Shown: in pieces, positions 40,701 to 64,000 of the stretch
Layout: every line of letters starts with the position of its first letter
How positions within the stretch are numbered: the stretch's first letter is position 1
Assembly: GCA_965637545.1 (NCBI GenBank)
Contig: OZ281497.1
Span: 25,730,001 to 25,794,000, forward strand
Direction of reading: 5' to 3'
Length of the DNA stretch: 64,000 nucleotides
From: Phallusia mammillata
Taxonomy: Eukaryota
Position numbers and translations under genes: made by a program
Notes under the pieces: generated by a model
Told to the model about the DNA's origin: nothing
The model's input: the letters and a program-made list of their open reading frames with translations, nothing else
Database searches by the model: none

Positions 40701-42475
40701 TCAGCGAACCGGTTAGCATTACTGGTTACTGTCAATGGACTTTTTGTAACAGCGGCTGAAAAAGCAACTGGCTGCAAAATATGACTATTGTGATAGAACC
40801 GACTGACAAAAAATTCGAATCCCACCACTGAATTTACCACATATAACTTTCCTATGTTTTCAGCTGTCAAACCGAGATAACCGACATGGAGGGAAACACG
40901 CAGGGTTGTGACCTTCGTTGCTCATGTTCGAATGATACCCTCAGTTGCTCTCACACCAAGTTTGCAAACATCTTTACAGGAGAACTCTGTATTCCGCCGC
41001 ACATAACAAGTCTTCACTTCAACAATGTTTCCTGGAGCGACGATGTCAACCTGCAAACGTTCCTATCGAAAATCGACAACTTAAACTTCACCTTGACGAT
41101 CGAAAACCAAGATGCATTTGACCTTGTGAGCTTTTTAAACCAAAGCAGTTTGTTATTGGGTTTAAAGAAGCTTTCACTTCGGGGTAATAACATTCAATCG
41201 GTCCCTGGAATCCAAATTGATAGTTTGCAGTCATTGGATTTGTCCGGAAACCGTGTTACATCGATATCAAACGGTAACTTTGCTGGTCTACCCAGCCTAC
41301 AAAGACTCAACTTATCTGGAAATGCAATAAACCGAATTGAGGAAGGTGCCTTAATTAACGCAACTCAAATAAGGATTCTAGACATTCGTAATAACCAACA
41401 GTCTTTAGAGTATCCGCACAACTTGTTGAAAGACCTTTCCAAACTCGAAGCAGTCTACGGAGACGTATTTTGGATATGCTGTCTGCCCCTTAGTGTCACT
41501 TCTATTGAATGTGTTTCCCCACAGGATAAGATATCTTCTTGTGATAGGCTGATCCGGGATGAGCCAATCAGGGTGCTCTTATGGATACAAAGCCTTGTCG
41601 CAACTATTGGCAACGTGGTGGTGTTTATTCTCCGGGCTAGAGAATATCGAATGAAAACAAGCAGTTCATCAAGGCTAGACGTCTTATTTATCGCTATTTT
41701 GTCATTAGCTGATTTGTGCATGGGAATATATCTCACAGTAATCGCTTCAGTTGATCAGTTTTACGCTAACGACTTTTACGTACACTCGTCAGCATGGATC
41801 GAAAGTCCGCTGTGCAAATTTTCCGGCGCTTTGTCTTTATTTTCGTCGCAAGCATCGGTTTTTACACTTTTGGTTATAACATTGACTCGGTGTCTCTCAG
41901 TTCTGCGACCCATGTACTTTTTACAGCTAAACAAACGCATTTTTCGTTTTGCCATCGCCTTGGTTTGGTTTCTTGCACTAATAATGGCTACTCTGCCTCT
42001 ATATGTTTTTCCTGACTTTTTCTCTGACTCGGCACTTTGTTTGCCAAAGATTTTCTCCACTTTACAAGACCAGACGTGGTGGTACACTATGATAATAATG
42101 ATTACCAACATGCTAGCCTTTCTGATAATGATAATAGCTTATGTAACACTGGTAACTGCCGCCACTCGTAACAGTTTTAGTTCTGCAGACCGGCGAAGAA
42201 GTGGCCTATCCCAAAACCGAAGTTTGGGATATCGTGTGTTTTTCATAATTGCCACTGATTGTCTTTGCTGGGTGCCAATATGTGCAATGGCGTTTGCCTC
42301 GCTTGGTAATGTTGATTTTTCGTCACAAGAAGCGCTGTTGTACCCCATCACTGCAGTGATTCTATTGCCTATCAACTCGGCAATGAACCCTTTGATTTAT
42401 ACCTTCCTGTCTCATTGTCGTTGTACAAAACTACAACAAACCTTGTCAAAGTACACCACTTCATCACAAAAGTAG
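34769..42475 (+). CDS. LDLa- and LRR-containing GPCR, type C LGR (GRL101/RXFP-like), ~1055 aa, 9 exons
   Basis: join(34769-34799,35400-35444,36080-36199,36867-36986,37759-37872,38463-38579,38942-39001,39081-40029,40864-42475); 3168 nt, phases consistent (an alternative in-frame acceptor at 39069 adds 4 aa). Signal peptide [25 protein letters not shown]; four LDLa exons (CDG...C..GSDE..C); two LRR arrays; hinge CC..C.SP.D.ISSC..LI; 7TM with [40 protein letters not shown], as in the RXFP/GRL101 class. Exons 1-2 and the 60-nt exon 7 are the least certain. Confidence 0.88.
35033..35202. mobile_element. Charlie-type hAT MITE
   Basis: CAGGGGTTCTTAACC/GGTTAATGACCACTG; TSD GCTTAAAG/GATTAAAG. Confidence 0.8.
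35705..35959. mobile_element. Charlie-type hAT MITE family F
   Basis: CAGTGGTTCC...GGAACCACTG; internal similarity to 47445-47696; TSD not found. Confidence 0.7.
36291..36556 (+). mobile_element. hAT MITE family B
   Basis: Perfect 11-bp TIR CAGAGTTGTAA/TTACAACTCTG; perfect TSD GTCCACCA; CGGGYY-type subterminal repeats. Confidence 0.9.
37014..37190 (+). mobile_element. hAT MITE family A
   Basis: Internal sequence shared with the other family A copies; perfect TSD GTAATGGG. Confidence 0.85.
40628..40830 (-). mobile_element. hAT MITE family A (reverse orientation)
   Basis: TIR CAGTGGTGGGATT/AATCCCACCACTG; TSD 6/8 match. Confidence 0.85.
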
Positions 42476-43262
42476 TGTACATTCCATTCAAAGCAACTAT
42501 CTTCTTCAATTTCGGGACGATTTTTTTTTATAATAGGCTGTCTACATTGGAATTCTTTACAGTTTGTGTAGGCTATTTTGTTCAAAATCGCCTTTCTGTC
42601 GTTATGTTTAGCGGTTTTATGTGTTGTCAATATCTGCATGATTGTTGTTGTTTTGTGTTGCTTGTTTTGTTTTGTAGGGAAGCGCAAAGTTTAGTTTTGA
42701 ACCGTTTTCAAAATGAAATAAATTTAACAAAATGATTTAATTATTGCCTAAATTGTAATAATTGTTACCGGATTAACAAACGGAAAGTTTTTTTAATTGA
42801 AAAAACGTAAATAAATGTTTGCATTTTATTGCCACCGGAAATAGTTAGCTACTTTCTCTAGTGGTACGGATCCCGGCATTTGTCAAATGTTTCGTCATAA
42901 TTATGACAACAACGAGAGAAAAGGCGAACAGAAACAGATTAGTTGATTGTTGTAAAAGTCGTTAGTACTTCGAATTTTTTGTTGCATTTGTGGCCGAAAG
43001 CAAAGGTGCTTTCATGTGTTTCAGACCGTTCGTTTGCAAATAACGTAACAAAAGGCAAAAATACAGCGATTAAAAGCAATTGAATTCACTTTCGTGTTTC
43101 GAGCACATAGATTTAATTTTTATTAAGCCAGGTAAAAACAGGAAATCAGACGGTTAACAATGCAATCCTATGGGAGAAGATAGTAATTCAATCACTGGAT
43201 GTTCAATCCCACTAAAATAAGGCCATTTATTTATAAAATAACCGAATTTGGGCTTTGTTAGT

Positions 43263-43767
43263 GGGTAACACTAAAAGCAGAAAAACGGAAAAGGCCGAAA
43301 AGCAGGAAACCAACACTAAACGCAGAAAAGAAAGGAAAAGCAGAAAAAAATGAAATTTGTGTTTTCTAAAAGAGGGAAATAATAATTGCAGAAAAAAAGG
43401 AAAAGAAGGTTATTTGTTTTTTCATAAGATCTCGAAATACAGAAAAAAGGGAAATGTTTCTTTATTTGTATTTTATGTCAATCTAGCTCATAAAAAACCA
43501 TTGGAAAGTGATATAATAGTGTCTACACTGATTTTACACTGATGACTTAAAAAACAATTAAAGAAACAATTTCTGTTTTCTGTATTTGTGTATTTCAAAA
43601 TCTTATAAAACAAGAAATTTCACTCTTTTCCTTTTTTTCTGCAATTATTATTTCCCTCTTTTAGAAAACACAAATTTCCCCTTTTTCTGCTTTTCATTTC
43701 TTTTCTGCTTTCAGTGTTGATTTCCTGCTTTTCCTGCGTTTGCGTTTTTCTTCTTTTAGTGTTACCC
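43263..43767. mobile_element. Mutator/foldback-like non-autonomous element
   Basis: Imperfect inverted repeats of ~210 bp starting GGGTAACACTAAAAG; 9-bp TSD TTTGTTAGT/TCTGTTAGT. Confidence 0.85.
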
Positions 43768-44679
43768 TCTGTTAGTGTTTGAAATTTTATAGGAGTTATA
43801 ATTTAACCCTTTACGATAACACTTTTATGTGTTTTTTTAAATTAATTCCAAAATGATTGTTTTCATATAGTACAGAAAAAAACTAATGTTGCTATCATGC
43901 AAGGGTTTGCGTGTTGATGGTTTCTCAAGGAATGTAATTAATAATTAATAGCATGATGATACAAATTGATTATTTTTAGACAAGTTATTGACGGCTAGTT
44001 TGACATCTTGTTTCGTTTCTAGCACAAGACTTGTGATTACAATGAAAAGTTATTATTTTTTGAAATGTTTACCTCAAACTTAGTTAGCTTTTTATATGTC
44101 CGGAATAAAAAATTGCCACCATGTTGCTGCTTAGCATTATATTTTTACTATCTGTCACATGTTGATCATATAAATGTCATCATCTCTGTCTGTGTGCAAA
44201 TTAATCACATTTAAAGTGCTAAATAAAGGTCAACTGTGTGAAGCAAGACCTAATTTAAAGCTTACTTTGTCAGAGATTTATTCTTCAATAATACTTTTAA
44301 TTAAACCTGACTTTTGAAAATTTGCATGAGATAGATAGTTTTACAACAGTTTAAAAAGATTTGTGTAGAGTTATATCGATATTCTGTGGCATGTTCTCTG
44401 TAGCTAAAGACTGTGATAATAAGCAATGCCACAGTTATGTATTGATGAGCAAATAGCTACTACTACAATGCAGTAGTTTTATTCCAGTTTGTTTATTATA
44501 GTGTTATCTGTACTGTAATCCTGGTGTTGCTTTTATATAGCCTTTCATGTAAAAGAATATGAAATCAAGACCAAGCATAAATTGAGCATACATTTTTGCA
44601 GATTGAGTTTGGGATGTGAGAAGTTTTTATCATACCACCGTTTTTAACCACCTCACCAACAGCTTATTGCTGTACATAA

Positions 44680-61857
<17,178 letters not shown>

Positions 61858-63312
61858 ACCGACAGCGGGAATTTAAGGAGCTGGAAAATGTTTTTTAACC
61901 ATTTTGGATTTTTGCGACAGGGTTTGGTGTCGATTGTTCTGTTCGTTTTTAACAAAAAGACACAAAAACTAGGGTTTTGTATTTAAAACTGTTGCATAAG
62001 CCTAATTTTTGCCCGAAAATGTGTAGATGCTCATAATTTGATAATTTGGTTGTAATGGTAAATCGGTTTTAGCTTACAAATATATTTTTTCCTTAATCAT
62101 GTCTAAATTTTTGTCGCATTTTTGCCTATTGCGGTCTTTAATAATATCTACATGTCGCATTTTGTTCTATCCTTCATTTGCAAACCTTATTAGGAACACC
62201 ATAATTTCTTTGTTATACTTCAACATTTGAAATATGTGGACACATTCGATGACCAAGACAACTTTTCAGCTCAAACGTTTTGGTTTTAACCTCTTAATAT
62301 TTGCGACTTTACTTTTCTGCGATGTTTGCCTTATCTTAAAATAATTTATAAATTGCATTTAATTTGCAACAGTATGAAAAGAGGAAAAACAGTGTGTCTG
62401 TTTTTCGGTATTCCAAACATTTATAAAAAAAATGTGTTTTGTTTTTAGTTTTTGTCTTTATTCTGGTATTTTTATTGGCAGAAACTTGTCAATTTGTTTT
62501 GTAACTAATTGACAAGTCGTGTTTTATTTGATTTAATCTAAAAGTGGCATCCATAATTTCAACAATGCCCTATATTGCCCCTTATGAATCCTATTCAAAT
62601 TTTTCCTACCATGCACCACCAGTCTTTTTGGAAATCTATTTTTGTAGTGGTGTAACGTAAGGGACTTACGTCATAGGTGACGTAATGTGCGTTTTAATGT
62701 TTTCCACTGGGGTAGGACCGCCAAGGTCATCAGCATAGCATTGTGACGTCATACAATCTTTTGTGTTTGGTCGTGTGACGACTTTTGTCCTCGAAAGACG
62801 AACTATAAATTCTGCACTAAGACAAGTCGTAATATTTTTTTGTAAATCGACTTTTTATTGCGCCGTAAGTGATTTTAATAGTGTCAAGTTTTTTTTATGT
62901 ATGTGACACAATTGTGCACTGTTTCCTATAATTAACTCTTAAACCATGAACTACGAAATCGGGCTGTTTGAGGGGTAACGGCCTTTCCAGAAACACCAAA
63001 TTTTGTCCATGCGACAATACGTCTTTCGCTTTAAGCCACGAGAAATTCAAAATCTTAGAAAATACCATTTAAGCATTACCACGGCACAATTTGGTGCAAT
63101 TCAAATCCCCAAGTGCCAAAATCCTTAACGGTGACCAACAATCGCTCGGTGACCTTGAGTTGACCTTCGAATGTGACGTTGGAGGCGTCTCATTGTTGTC
63201 ATTGTGTGTCGTTTCTATTTGAATCGTGTTTCTTCTCTCGCCCACCCCCTAGTGTTCATTCCCATCGCAGTGGTCATTGTGGATCTCCGACGAAAAAAAC
63301 ACCTGATTGTTT

Positions 63313-63446
63313 TTATCGCAGTGTAATTTGTTGAGTATCTTCTGTGGTCAAATCGTAGCGTTGATTTCTACGAAGTGACCATGTCGCCTGATCCCCGTTT
63401 TTAAACCATCTCTTTTTCGCTTTTCGAAAATTGCGGCGTCGCCCAC
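63313..63446 (-). CDS. Possible terminal exon of a convergent minus-strand gene
   Basis: Minus-strand acceptor TATGTACAG| at 63447-63449 followed by GC-richer sequence. The phase-1 frame reads GRRRNFRKAKKRWFKNGDQATWSLRR...TLR*; other phases also give short open frames. Protein not recognised. Confidence 0.2.
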
Positions 63447-63662
63447 CTGTACATAGTTATTTCAAGCACATATACAATAAATGTGAGTGCGCTGCACTGG
63501 TGCTAATGTTTTTCTTATAGTCAGTCAAGAGGTCGGCTCATACAAAGGTTCTTGTAGTGGAATGCTTTACGAGCCTGTTTTCTGGAACTTGCTTTTTTGA
63601 ATAATAGTGCATTTCATTAGGAAAATACAAGCTGTGTGTGTAAACATCAAAAAGTCTCAACA

Positions 63663-63848
63663 TTTACGGCTTTTATCATCAGGTTAAAGAATAGCCTACG
63701 TGATTTATTTTTTTACGGCTTTCATCATCAGGTTAAAGAATAGCCTACTTGATTTATTTTTTTACGGCTTTCATCATCAGGTTAAAGAATAGCCTACTTG
63801 ATTTATTTTTTTACGGCTTTCATCATCAGGTTAAAGAATACTTGATTT
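63663..63848 (+). repeat. 49-bp tandem repeat, ~3.7 copies
   Basis: Unit TTTACGGCTTTCATCATCAGGTTAAAGAATAGCCTACTTGATTTATTTT; the ACGGC anchor recurs at 63666, 63715, 63764 and 63813. Confidence 0.92.
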
Positions 63849-64000
63849 AATTTCAGAACGAGTGTATAGCTTACCGTATTTACCCGATTAGAAGCCGCAT
63901 GTTAAGGTGTCACAAAAGAATGTAAGCTGCATGCGGTGATGTTAGATAATATTTAACCACATTCCTTTATGTTACTACAGAGTACGACTATTTGTCAACA

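Noticed and set aside
33686-44601. Ascidian-type operon linking the three genes
   Set aside because: Intergenic gaps of 1-2 kb with separate poly(A)-like signals (AATAAA at 34327 and 42717) are unlike the abutting genes of described Ciona operons.
61858-62600. AU-rich elements in the MK2 3' UTR (autoregulation via TTP)
   Set aside because: Only scattered ATTTA pentamers, as expected in AT-rich DNA; no overlapping nonamer clusters.
63663-63848. Tandem hammerheads in the 49-bp repeat (CUGAUGA on the minus strand, AGCC/GGCU stem)
   Set aside because: No GAAA box after the stem and no NUH/stem I arrangement.

Overview
This is eukaryotic, AT-rich, intron-containing DNA. It is most consistent with an invertebrate chordate, probably an ascidian tunicate; that is an inference from short introns, chordate-type genes and patchy CpG depletion. 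Three complete + strand genes were assembled by hand, with GT-AG boundaries and consistent phases at every junction: (1) a class IB PI3-kinase p110-gamma-like gene (19 coding exons, 18705-33685, 1156 aa); (2) an LDLa/LRR-containing GPCR of the GRL101/RXFP (type C LGR) class with an unusual double-LRR ectodomain (9 exons, 34769-42475, ~1055 aa); (3) MAPKAPK2/3 (9 exons, 44719-61857, 359 aa). The first ~15 kb has no recognisable coding sequence and looks regulatory. Introns hold many hAT-type MITEs with 8-bp target-site duplications (some nested), a Mutator-like foldback element and a tRNA-containing repeat. The main hidden signal is a dispersed ~130-nt repeat built around a type I hammerhead ribozyme, with compensatory base changes between copies. 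One copy has an intact catalytic core but is split by a 511-bp transposon inserted in loop II, and its cleavage site lies 36 nt upstream of a MAPKAPK2 splice acceptor. All alignments and folds were done by eye; no database searches were run.
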